DNA from: a virus
DNA: 64,000 bases
Reading direction: 5' to 3' (one strand)
Virus record (IMG/VR): IMGVR_UViG_3300048573_000442
Part shown: positions 56,419 to 64,000 of the stretch, piece by piece
Layout of the letters: the number at the start of each line of letters is the position of its first letter
Numbering within the stretch: position 1 is the stretch's first letter
Position numbers and translations under genes: made by a program
The notes under the pieces: model-generated
The model's database searches: none
The model's input: the letters and a program-made list of their open reading frames with translations, nothing else
What the model was told of the DNA's origin: nothing

Positions 56419-56928
56419 TTATTTTTGTGTAAAAAGTTTCAATTTGCTTTCAGTATTCTCAAAATCAGTATGCAAAATGCCGATACCTTTGCCCATTGTT
56501 TCCCACTCATGAATATTGCTAACCCGATCATCTACGAGGATATCACCAGGTTTAGCATGTTTCCATTTATCCCTTGAATGGGGGCCAAAGTTTACAATTG
56601 CTTGCGAACCAAAATATTTTTCAACCCAACGCAACTTGTCATTTTCTGCAGTGGGTATTGTGCTTCGTCTTGGTAAAGCAGTGAGAATTTCAACGCGTTC
56701 AGATAGTTGATGTGCGAGATTCCACAGTTCAAAGCAGCATTCTGTTGGCGGCAACCGAAAATAAAGTTCGGGGATCGTCATTAAGAAATTCCACATTTCC
56801 TTATCGCCTACAGGGCCAACAGAATGTGGAAATGTTCGGCCCATTTCTTGCATAAGAAACGCATCAAAGTCGGCTAAAACTCCATCAAGGTCAAGATAGA
56901 TAATGTTTACTTTAGTATTAAAATTCAT
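56419..56928 (-). CDS. HAD-family 5'(3')-deoxyribonucleotidase (NT5C-like)
   Basis: YLDLDGVLADF; ILVDDRVSNI. Confidence 0.85.
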   Translation of the reverse strand: MNFNTKVNIIYLDLDGVLADFDAFLMQEMGRTFPHSVGPVGDKEMWNFLMTIPELYFRLPPTECCFELWNLAHQLSERVEILTALPRRSTIPTAENDKLRWVEKYFGSQAIVNFGPHSRDKWKHAKPGDILVDDRVSNIHEWETMGKGIGILHTDFENTESKLKLFTQK

Positions 56929-57398
56929 GATTGTAAAAAATTAACAGCTGCAGAAATAATGCCCGCATGTGAAGACCGACCTTTTTTATAAAACTGTTTT
57001 GCGGTCATCCATACCGTATGTGAAGTTTCATAATGTGGAATTAGAAAATCGATTTTGCTTTTGACTTCACCAACAAAAATAATCATGCTGTAGTCTTCGG
57101 TCATTCCCGAGGTGTTTTGAAACCACACCGGCTTAATATCGCCAACAAGGTTTTCTTCTTTCAGGCCAAGTTCCTCAACAGCTTCGCGAATAGCCGCAAT
57201 GGCTTCTGTTTCGCCTTCATCAATACCGCCTTTAGAGACCATTGGCTTATCGCCCCCGTATGCAGGATCTGATGAAACCATAAACAGAAATTCTACACTC
57301 CCGTCAGGGTTTACAAAGTATGGGATCAATCCTGCTTTAGATAGTTTCGTCATAAAAGTTCCAGTGCCGTAAGTTAAGTTCTTCTGTGTTCTTAGCAC
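56925..57398 (-). CDS. NUDIX hydrolase (T4 NudE-like; true start probably the internal MTKLS)
   Basis: KGGIDEGETEAIAAIREAVEELGL. Confidence 0.9.
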   Translation of the reverse strand: MLRTQKNLTYGTGTFMTKLSKAGLIPYFVNPDGSVEFLFMVSSDPAYGGDKPMVSKGGIDEGETEAIAAIREAVEELGLKEENLVGDIKPVWFQNTSGMTEDYSMIIFVGEVKSKIDFLIPHYETSHTVWMTAKQFYKKGRSSHAGIISAAVNFLQS

Positions 57399-57633
57399 TA
57401 TAGGAATAATGCACAGTGAATTTTAACACATAATTTGCATCTGAACACATCTTCCAAAGCACATGCGAACGAATAAATTTTGAAGAGATTGAATCGACTG
57501 ACAGAAAAAAGCTAACGTCTTTGTTCCAGTCTTGAAGATAAGCGGTAACAAACATGGATTGATTACGAACACGTCCATCAGTTAAAGTTATCAACCCGCA
57601 TGCAATGTTATTAAGCAGTGAGAACTTTTCCAA
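57337..57633 (-). CDS. Hypothetical protein
   Basis: 98-aa ORF. Confidence 0.4.
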   Translation of the reverse strand: MEKFSLLNNIACGLITLTDGRVRNQSMFVTAYLQDWNKDVSFFLSVDSISSKFIRSHVLWKMCSDANYVLKFTVHYSYSAKNTEELNLRHWNFYDETI

Positions 57634-57685
57634 ATCGGTGCTCCAGATAGACGAGGTGACATTATTTATCTAGCAGGCAAAAATA

Positions 57686-57704
57686 AAGGCACCTTAGGTG
57701 CCTT
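57686..57704. terminator. Intrinsic terminator
   Basis: AAGGCACC-TTA-GGTGCCTT with flanking A/T runs. Confidence 0.7.
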
Positions 57705-57715
57705 AACATTGATGC

Positions 57716-58363
57716 TTAAAGTAGTCCTGGGACAGATTCACGGTGCCTTCGTAGGCTAAATGATGAACGTACATTTAACAAGTTTGTGACATCCTCAGAC
57801 AGCACAAATTGGTATCTTGCAAAATCAGTATCATTTGCAAAAAATAAAGTTAATTCGTCTGCGTTATCAAAAGTCTTAAATGATTTGCCTGGATCTTCCG
57901 CATCATAAACTGAAATTCTGTGGCCGCGTTTAACTAAACTCTTCCAGACGTTAAAACCCTCATCACTTAAAAATTTATCACTTTTGATACGTAAGCTTTC
58001 TGAAGAATCTTTTAAAATGGCCGCATACAAATCACTTGCAAATGGTGCTTGTCCTTTTAAGTTTCGGTCTTTACCAAGCATCGTAACAACGAGTGCTTCA
58101 CTTTCTTTTTTAAGCTCGACAGCAATTTTTGTTTCTTTGCCATCAGAAGAACCTATCCAATAAAGCATGGTAGTTCCGACATCTATAACGAAAAGATTAT
58201 CTTTTACTAAACGCGGTATTATTCCGAATTTTAAAAAGTCTTTAATAGAATAAGTAAGAGCATCCAAAGTTTCAAACTGGCCTAGGCCAGATGGCATTTC
58301 TTTTAGCCAAGTTTCAACAAATGATTTCCTTGAGTCTATGTTGAAGATTTCATTTAGGTTCAT
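57716..58363 (-). CDS. Divergent GNAT-like protein
   Basis: LGKDRNLKGQ...ASDLY...KSDKFLSDEGFNVWKSL shares the SD-x3-T/S-x2-G-x2-vW-x2-L motif. Confidence 0.55.
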   Translation of the reverse strand: MNLNEIFNIDSRKSFVETWLKEMPSGLGQFETLDALTYSIKDFLKFGIIPRLVKDNLFVIDVGTTMLYWIGSSDGKETKIAVELKKESEALVVTMLGKDRNLKGQAPFASDLYAAILKDSSESLRIKSDKFLSDEGFNVWKSLVKRGHRISVYDAEDPGKSFKTFDNADELTLFFANDTDFARYQFVLSEDVTNLLNVRSSFSLRRHRESVPGLL

Positions 58364-58693
58364 TTAAAATTGCTGGTTTTTTAACTTTTTGCCTATAGTC
58401 GCTTGTTTATTTTTATTTGGCGGTTGACCAGTTCCGATGTCATCATGGGAAAATACCCCATACAAATAGCAAAACCCGCCCTCAATTTTATAAATGATGC
58501 TTATATCAAAAGAAAGCTTTGCATGCCAGAAGCCTGCAAAATGACCTGACGCAGAAAAAGCATAATCACTTGACCCAAACTTGTCCCGAGGCGTCGCATG
58601 TTTGAAAACCATGAATTCTTTAATCTTATTCTTGACAGATGCCTCCTGCTTGCCAAGCGTCTTTTCATAAAATTTACAAGTTTTGAAAATCAT
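58364..58693 (-). CDS. RelE/YafQ-like mRNA interferase toxin
   Basis: DYAFSASGHFAGFWHAKLSFDISIIYKI...LYGVFSHDD. Confidence 0.65.
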   Translation of the reverse strand: MIFKTCKFYEKTLGKQEASVKNKIKEFMVFKHATPRDKFGSSDYAFSASGHFAGFWHAKLSFDISIIYKIEGGFCYLYGVFSHDDIGTGQPPNKNKQATIGKKLKNQQF

Positions 58694-58839
58694 TACAGGC
58701 CAAGCTCTTCAATCATCTGCTCAAGAGTTTTGCCTTCAGACCATTCAATAGGTTCCTGCATAAGCTCAGGCGCATTCAATCCTTCTTTTTCCAAGGCTTG
58801 GACAATTTTAGATTCCTGAAGAAAGTGATCGAAGTTCAT
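58693..58839 (-). CDS. 48-aa acidic protein, candidate antitoxin (missing from the ORF track)
   Basis: MNFDHFLQESKIVQALEKEGLNAPELMQEPIEWSEGKTLEQMIEELGL*; AGGA RBS; TAATG overlap with the toxin. Confidence 0.55.
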   Translation of the reverse strand: MNFDHFLQESKIVQALEKEGLNAPELMQEPIEWSEGKTLEQMIEELGL

Positions 58840-58882
58840 GAGTTGTTCCTAAAAATTGCGTATGAAGAATTATAACACCTAT

Positions 58883-59446
58883 TTATTGCAGGTGGAAGTA
58901 AACCTGTTTGCGTCGCTGCAATATTTCGTGTTCAAGTGCTTTCTTTTTTACTGTGCCGAGTAATTCTTTGGTTGCTACTAAAGCTGTGCCTCCAAACCAC
59001 TTAATCGAAAAACGATATTCCCATGGCCGTAACCCATAAATCTTAGACAGTAGAATGCGCTTGTAGAAAGAAATCCTATTTTCTTGACCGGCTTCAACTA
59101 AAAACACGATAGCATCTATTTGCATGGTTCGGGAAAGTTCTTCGACCTTATCTGTTAATGCAGAAACAACTGCGCCGATCTGTTTCGATTGGCTTGTCCG
59201 GGTATTTAGCATTGCCTGAGTAGCTTCCCCGTCAACAATCCTGGCAAACGCAATGTTTAAAAAAATTAAAGGTTCCCCGTCAACAGAGAAAGAAGACCCC
59301 TCTAAGTACAAGCGAAACTCCTCTTTGTTTATGACTGCTTTTGCTTGATAATTACCGCTGTAAGTTTCCCACTCTATAGAATCAAATTTAGTGTCAAATG
59401 CTTCATTAAGGTTGACGAAGTCGCCAAATAAATTTGAAAGTTTCAT
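58883..59446 (-). CDS. Hypothetical protein, paralogue family A copy 1
   Basis: NEAF.T.F.SI.W...LNIAFAR...QSKQIGAV...IDAIVF...GLRPWEYRFSI. Confidence 0.7.
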   Translation of the reverse strand: MKLSNLFGDFVNLNEAFDTKFDSIEWETYSGNYQAKAVINKEEFRLYLEGSSFSVDGEPLIFLNIAFARIVDGEATQAMLNTRTSQSKQIGAVVSALTDKVEELSRTMQIDAIVFLVEAGQENRISFYKRILLSKIYGLRPWEYRFSIKWFGGTALVATKELLGTVKKKALEHEILQRRKQVYFHLQ

Positions 59447-59546
59447 TAGAAGTTCTCAATCATTTTTGTTTTTCTGTCTGTTCGAGTAGCAAATAAGATG
59501 CTGGTTACATCTTTCGGGAGATTATAGTTTAGAAGATTTCTTAGTT

Positions 59547-60087
59547 TTATTTATTAGTAATTATCTCTTGCTTCATTGCTTCTATAAATTGCGGGCCTAA
59601 ATCTTTTTCGGTTGCAATCAACGCAGTTCCATTTTTCAACTCAATCGAGAATCTGTACTGCCAAGGTTTAATGCCGTAAATTTTGGACAACATGATTCGT
59701 TTATAAAGGGGGTATTCTTTTCTCTTCGCCGCTTTTAACCGTAAAAACAACTGCATCAATTTCAAATTCAGAAACCAGTTCTCGTAATTTTCTATTAAGT
59801 GCGTTAATTACTGCACCAAGCTGTCGTGATTGATTTTGCCCAGTCGGGAACAAATCCTGCTTAAATTCTCCATCCACTTTTCTCGAAAAGGCAACATTTA
59901 CCCAATACCTTTTTGAGCCGTTTATTATAGTAGCTGATGGCTCTATGTACAGGCCGAATTCTTCATCATTCAATACCCCAGCCCCGATTAATCCAGTTGG
60001 GGTGTTATCCCATAAAATAGATGTGAAGTCCGTGTTAAACGCTTCCGTTATGTTTATTAAGTCTGGGAATAATGTGGTAAGTTTCAT
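59547..60087 (-). pseudogene. Family A copy 2, split by a +1 frameshift at 59708-59712
   Basis: Both halves align to copy 3; AGA ATA CCC CCT TTA TAA has one extra base versus AGA ATT TCC ATT TAT AAA. Confidence 0.75.
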
Positions 60088-60626
60088 TTGGTTCCAGAAG
60101 TTATCTCTTGCTTCATTGCATCTATAAATTGCGGGGCTAAATCTCTTTCGGTTGCAATCAACGCCGTTCCTCTGTCCCACTCAATCGAAAACCTGTACTG
60201 CCATGGCCTTATGCCGTAAATTTTGGACAACATAATCTGTTTATAAATGGAAATTCTCTTTTCCTGTCCCTTCTCGACAGTAAAAACAACTGCATCAATT
60301 TCAAATTCAGAGACCAGTTCTCGTAATTTTCTATTAAGTGCCTTAATCACGGCTCCGAGTTGCCTTGATTGATTAGAGCCAGTAGAAAACAAATCCTGTT
60401 TTAATATACCATCTACTTTTCTCGAAAAGGCGACATTTACCCAATTTTTTTGAATACCATTTAGCACGAACATTGAAGGCTGCAAATAAAGTTCAAATTC
60501 TTCTTCATCTAAAATTGCTGAACCAATTAATCCAGTATCGGTATTTTTCCAATTGATTGAAGCGAAGTCTGTGTTAAAAACTTCGGTTATGTTTATCATG
60601 TTTGGGAATAATGTGGTAAGTTTCAT
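60084..60626 (-). CDS. Family A copy 3
   Basis: MKLTTLFP.INITE...QSRQLGAV...YGIRPWQYRFSIEW. Confidence 0.75.
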   Translation of the reverse strand: MKLTTLFPNMINITEVFNTDFASINWKNTDTGLIGSAILDEEEFELYLQPSMFVLNGIQKNWVNVAFSRKVDGILKQDLFSTGSNQSRQLGAVIKALNRKLRELVSEFEIDAVVFTVEKGQEKRISIYKQIMLSKIYGIRPWQYRFSIEWDRGTALIATERDLAPQFIDAMKQEITSGTK

Positions 60627-60642
60627 TAGCATCTTTCAACGA

Positions 60643-60999
60643 CTATTTTGCTGTATTTGCTTGGTCTTTAGGCTTCCACATCTTTGCAAATTTTAAAACG
60701 TTTGGGATTATCTCACTTGGCAAAACTACAGCACAAGCGGGTTCAGCGTTCAGCGTATTGTTTTCATGGCCTAAATGACATTCAAGCTTACTGATCTTTT
60801 CAAACTCTTTTCTATTAACGCGCAACACTACCTTCTTAAAACTTTCATTTAGCCACCTGTCATAATCTTCGTTTCCCGAAAATTTAAGATGTGCTGCCAA
60901 AACTGAATGCGCAACAAGAGTTGGAACCATAAAATCTGGAAATTCGTCTAGAACGGCGATATACATTTTAATCGTGCTCATAATTATCCTTAATCCCAT
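60643..60999 (-). CDS. Pth2-like peptidyl-tRNA hydrolase
   Basis: KMYIAV...TLVAHSVL...WLNESFKKVVLRV. Confidence 0.7.
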   Translation of the reverse strand: MGLRIIMSTIKMYIAVLDEFPDFMVPTLVAHSVLAAHLKFSGNEDYDRWLNESFKKVVLRVNRKEFEKISKLECHLGHENNTLNAEPACAVVLPSEIIPNVLKFAKMWKPKDQANTAK

Positions 61000-61580
61000 G
61001 TAGGTAGTGAGTTGCAGCCTCTAAATTTTCGCATTTCTTTGACTATAGGATGTTCGAACATGTCGTTATAAGTCGACCATCCGCCGATTATCGCAATCTG
61101 TAATTCATTAGGAAAAGAAAATAATCTTTTTGAGTCTATTTCTACTATTGCACCATTATCAATCATCGCCATTTTAAATGATTTGCGCTCTATCATTTTC
61201 TTGAAAAGCTTTTCACCGTCTCCTGTGACTAACGGGCCAGATGTTAGTGCAAGTTTCATTTTGCTAACAATAAAACCAATTATGCAAACTATAAGGGCTT
61301 TACCTCGATGTTTTTCATGTACCCAAACTTTTACAATTTCTGAAAATCTCTGCCCATTAATTATTTTCGCATCGGTGGAAATAACCACCATTGCGATCGG
61401 CATGATTCCGTTTTCGCTGATACAAAACGTATCCATTTTGTCGCCATACGCCCTAGACCCCCAAATTTCAAAACCATCGAAGGTTCCGATTATTTTGGAA
61501 TAAGATTGAAGATTTGGCAAATCCCGTTCCCCAAATTCAAAATCTACTGCGCGTTCTTCGAATATGTCAGATAGTTTCAT
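60990..61580 (-). CDS. GNAT acetyltransferase (start revised to MKLSDIFEE)
   Basis: KVWVHEKHRGKAL...SGPLVTGDGEKLFKKM. Confidence 0.7.
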   Translation of the reverse strand: MKLSDIFEERAVDFEFGERDLPNLQSYSKIIGTFDGFEIWGSRAYGDKMDTFCISENGIMPIAMVVISTDAKIINGQRFSEIVKVWVHEKHRGKALIVCIIGFIVSKMKLALTSGPLVTGDGEKLFKKMIERKSFKMAMIDNGAIVEIDSKRLFSFPNELQIAIIGGWSTYNDMFEHPIVKEMRKFRGCNSLPTWD

Positions 61581-61666
61581 GTTTACTAATTCGTGTTTGA
61601 GCAAAACGGCAGCTTCTTCCTCCGTCAAGCATTTTGCTGTTTAAATAACATCTGCTAAAACAAAAA

Positions 61667-61686
61667 GGGACCCTCCGAAGGGTCCC
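61667..61686. terminator. Intrinsic terminator (UCGG loop on the minus strand)
   Basis: GGGACCCT-CCGA-AGGGTCCC with flanking A/T runs. Confidence 0.8.
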
Positions 61687-61715
61687 CTTATTTATCTTCT
61701 GATTTTGAGCTTTTA

Positions 61716-61826
61716 TCAAGCGTATTCGGCGCCTTTGTAAAGGTCCGCTAAATGTTCCTTATGGCATACGACAATCTCTTGTCCATAATGGCAAGAGCTA
61801 TTTGCATGTTGGCGATAGAAGCTCAT
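61716..61826 (-). CDS. Putative 36-aa peptide
   Basis: AAGGA RBS then MSFYRQHANSSCHYGQEIVVCHKEHLADLYKGAEYA*. Confidence 0.35.
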   Translation of the reverse strand: MSFYRQHANSSCHYGQEIVVCHKEHLADLYKGAEYA

Positions 61827-61906
61827 TGTCGTTCCTTAACAATTGGAAATTAGCTTAAGCGAAATTTAGACATTGTTTTTATTTTTCGCCCTAGTGTTAA
61901 AGAACT

Positions 61907-62449
61907 TTAACGAAACTGCTTGAGCGCAGTGTTAGCTCCATCGATATATACTTTGAAATATGGATTGGGATATTCCTTGTTCGCTGGCCGATTAAAAACT
62001 TGCAACTTAACTTTATTAAGTTTATTTTGCTTGTTCCATTCCTTTGTGCTTGCTTTTACTGCATCCAATTCTTCTTGGGAAACAATTGTTTTTATAAGCC
62101 TCGTTCCAATTTCTTCATCAGTATCATGCCGTCGCATAGCATCATTTAAGGTCTTACGAAGATCTTGAACCAATTTCAAAAAATCGGCCCTAGAAACAAC
62201 TTTTTCACCTGCCATGACTGTTTTAATGTCACTTGCCTGGATTAGTTCCTGAGCAGCAAGCGAATGCATATTTGCAAAACGTTCTATCGCGTCAATCGCC
62301 TTTTTGGAGTTGATTCCGTTTTTAGCACCCCATTCGCGTTTTACGGCTTCTTTGTCAAAAGTGCTATTAACGATTTGTGAAATATAATCGGTCGCTTCAA
62401 GCATACTAGGATTTTTATATGCCTCATTCAATTCGCGCAATAATTTCAT
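61907..62449 (-). CDS. Hypothetical protein with an MKLLRELNE N-terminus
   Basis: 180-aa helical ORF. Confidence 0.65.
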   Translation of the reverse strand: MKLLRELNEAYKNPSMLEATDYISQIVNSTFDKEAVKREWGAKNGINSKKAIDAIERFANMHSLAAQELIQASDIKTVMAGEKVVSRADFLKLVQDLRKTLNDAMRRHDTDEEIGTRLIKTIVSQEELDAVKASTKEWNKQNKLNKVKLQVFNRPANKEYPNPYFKVYIDGANTALKQFR

Positions 62450-62471
62450 TTTTGTCTTTCAAAGTTAAGAG

Positions 62472-62855
62472 TTAAGAACCGTCTGCTTCCATGACTTCAG
62501 TATCCAGCGGCCAAGGACCGGTAAATTTCTGATACTGCTTAATGTGATCGTAGCGGTCATTTGCAGCGGCATGTTGAGTAATTTTGTTTGCAACAGTTTC
62601 TGCAACGTCATTTGAAGCATAAGTTGCAACACATGCCCAACCTCCTTTATGGGCTCGCATCATGCGCTCTTGGGCCTTTGCTGATGATAGACCAACTGAA
62701 GACATTAGCGCTTCCTGAACCACCTGAAACGGTGTTACGGGGTTGTTTAGGATCATTACGTTAAAGCCGCCAGGTTTATTGAGTTCGACCTCTTTGGGGC
62801 TGGCAGTCATTTTTGGCGGGCGGATAATAGTTTCAAGTTCTTGAAGTAGTTTCAT
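62472..62855 (-). CDS. clpS: ClpS-like adaptor protein
   Basis: VMILNNPVTPFQVVQEAL...AQERMMRAHKGGWACVATY...AET. Confidence 0.72.
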   Translation of the reverse strand: MKLLQELETIIRPPKMTASPKEVELNKPGGFNVMILNNPVTPFQVVQEALMSSVGLSSAKAQERMMRAHKGGWACVATYASNDVAETVANKITQHAAANDRYDHIKQYQKFTGPWPLDTEVMEADGS

Positions 62856-62884
62856 GGTGTTTCCTGGTTATTTAATTTGGGATG

Positions 62885-63475
62885 TTACGGAAGTGTTCGT
62901 TTTCTGGCTTCATTTGCCTTTTTATAAAATTGCGCTAATGGACCGCTTACGTTTTTTGCAGCCTTTGCCAATTCTACTACATTTTTTGCAACAAACATCG
63001 CAGCAACAATCGGCGCCAAAATTGGAAAAATGATCGAAACGATCCAGACTATAATTTTTTCTGTGACTTCATTTTCAAAAACCTGTTTGATTACAGCCTT
63101 AATTGCCCTGTTCACAGAAACTAACAACTTCAATACTGCCAGTTTTTTGATATTATTTCTTGATAACTCTACGCCATCTAACTTTACCTTATTTATCATA
63201 AGAATTTTATCATACATTTCCTTAATTTTTGGGTATTTCATATCAGAATACATGACGTTAAATTCTTCTTTGGCCTTACGGTATTCAACTCCGATGACTC
63301 TATCATTCAGCTCGCTCTTTTTTCCAGAGGATGCCATAATGGCCCGCATAGTTTTAAAAAAATCTATGAAGCCATCGCCCAAACCTTCACAAAGGACGTT
63401 TAATTCTTTAGAGCCGTTTGTAGCCTCATTTATCTCTTTAAAACCCCCAGGATCAATAATTTCACGTAATAGCAT
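62885..63475 (-). CDS. Hypothetical protein with a C-terminal hydrophobic segment
   Basis: 196 aa; TATAAATA at 63504-63511. Confidence 0.65.
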   Translation of the reverse strand: MLLREIIDPGGFKEINEATNGSKELNVLCEGLGDGFIDFFKTMRAIMASSGKKSELNDRVIGVEYRKAKEEFNVMYSDMKYPKIKEMYDKILMINKVKLDGVELSRNNIKKLAVLKLLVSVNRAIKAVIKQVFENEVTEKIIVWIVSIIFPILAPIVAAMFVAKNVVELAKAAKNVSGPLAQFYKKANEARKRTLP

Positions 63476-63503
63476 AAGGCCCCTTTATAAATAAGATTGG
63501 CCG

Positions 63504-63511
63504 TATTTATA
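63504..63511 (-). promoter_or_regulatory. T4-type late promoter TATAAATA
   Basis: Exact match 29 nt upstream of ATG 63475. Confidence 0.7.
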
Positions 63512-63674
63512 GGATTTTCGCCCCTTAATTATTTTCCAGTTCGCCGATTCTATTTTCTGCCGCTTCAAGAGAATCTGATTATCTATCAGAGAATTTTCTA
63601 TGACAGATTTGCGATTAGCGGCATTGTGTCTTATATGTGCACGGATTCTCAGTTTTTGTGGGAGCGCCTATTCT

Positions 63675-63905
63675 TTAAATTGTCGCATTATTATTTTCTA
63701 CCCATTTTATGTCTAAGGCCGATTGCGCTTTTAAGCCATTAATGCTTACATACTTGCCCCGCACAGGTCTATTTTTCGCCGCAGGCACTTCTGATGACAA
63801 TTTTATTACATTAGATGTTGTAAGATTAAAATCTGGCTTGTATTTCAGCCGCCAATGAAGAAGCCAATGAACGTGAAGCAAAAATCCACACTTCAGGAGA
63901 CGCAT
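63675..63905 (-). CDS. Hypothetical protein
   Basis: 76-aa ORF overlapping the end of an upstream ORF that enters from the right edge. Confidence 0.4.
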   Translation of the reverse strand: MRLLKCGFLLHVHWLLHWRLKYKPDFNLTTSNVIKLSSEVPAAKNRPVRGKYVSINGLKAQSALDIKWVENNNATI

Positions 63906-64000
63906 TCTTTCTTCTTCTCTTTTACAGGTAGAGGTGGCGGATCAATTCGTTTCAGCCAAGACTGGGCAAAATCTAGATAACCGCCAGGAATCTTTGGATT

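Noticed and set aside
61700-61900. tmRNA or tRNA-like element
   Set aside because: GAATACGCTTGATAA superficially recalls a tag-peptide end, but no tRNA-like acceptor or T-arm was found.
1258-63742. Most plus-strand and nested ORFs in the six-frame track (e.g. 1258-1554, 25974-26465, 31993-32406, 40891-41370, 63030-63494)
   Set aside because: They are antisense shadows of well-supported genes, with no RBS or recognisable motifs.
1-64000. Genome-wide TAG reassignment (alternative genetic code)
   Set aside because: Genes such as 10237-10896 end at TAG with the next gene starting 2 nt later, and long ORFs are intact under code 11.

Overview
A gene-dense, mostly minus-strand segment of a large T4-like (jumbo myovirus-type) dsDNA phage. 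No tRNA, rRNA, CRISPR array, integrase or reverse transcriptase was seen. It carries replication genes (family B DNA polymerase N-terminus, DsbA-like protein, three-part type II topoisomerase 39/60/52, DinG-like helicase) and nucleotide-metabolism genes (ThyA, DHFR, T4 gp42-like dCMP hydroxymethylase, kinases, NUDIX, NT5C, MazG-like). It also encodes RNA-repair and host-takeover functions. Four features stand out. (1) The topoisomerase gene-60 equivalent is interrupted inside its DxDxDG motif by a T4-gene-60-style translational bypassing cassette: a 49-codon leader, GGU take-off, UAG stop, 15-bp C(UUCG)G hairpin, 49-nt gap, AGGA mini-SD and GGC landing codon. (2) A tail-fibre gene ending in (Pro-Thr)13-WDGTGKF heads a tightly coupled, AT-rich 14-gene tailoring cluster: about 8-9 2OG-Fe(II)/cupin oxygenases, a carbamoyltransferase, a B12 radical SAM enzyme, a desaturase and a PP-loop enzyme. 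(3) About 23 accessory proteins (GNATs, ADP-ribosyltransferases, a nucleotidyltransferase, LRR proteins, ClpS, an AAA+ ATPase) share an N-terminal motif resembling the T4 capsid-targeting sequence, and many sit behind T4-type late promoters, suggesting an injected effector arsenal. (4) Four LRR genes are built from shuffled 63-bp cassettes with hypervariable surface positions. All functional calls come from motif recognition by eye; no database search was run.
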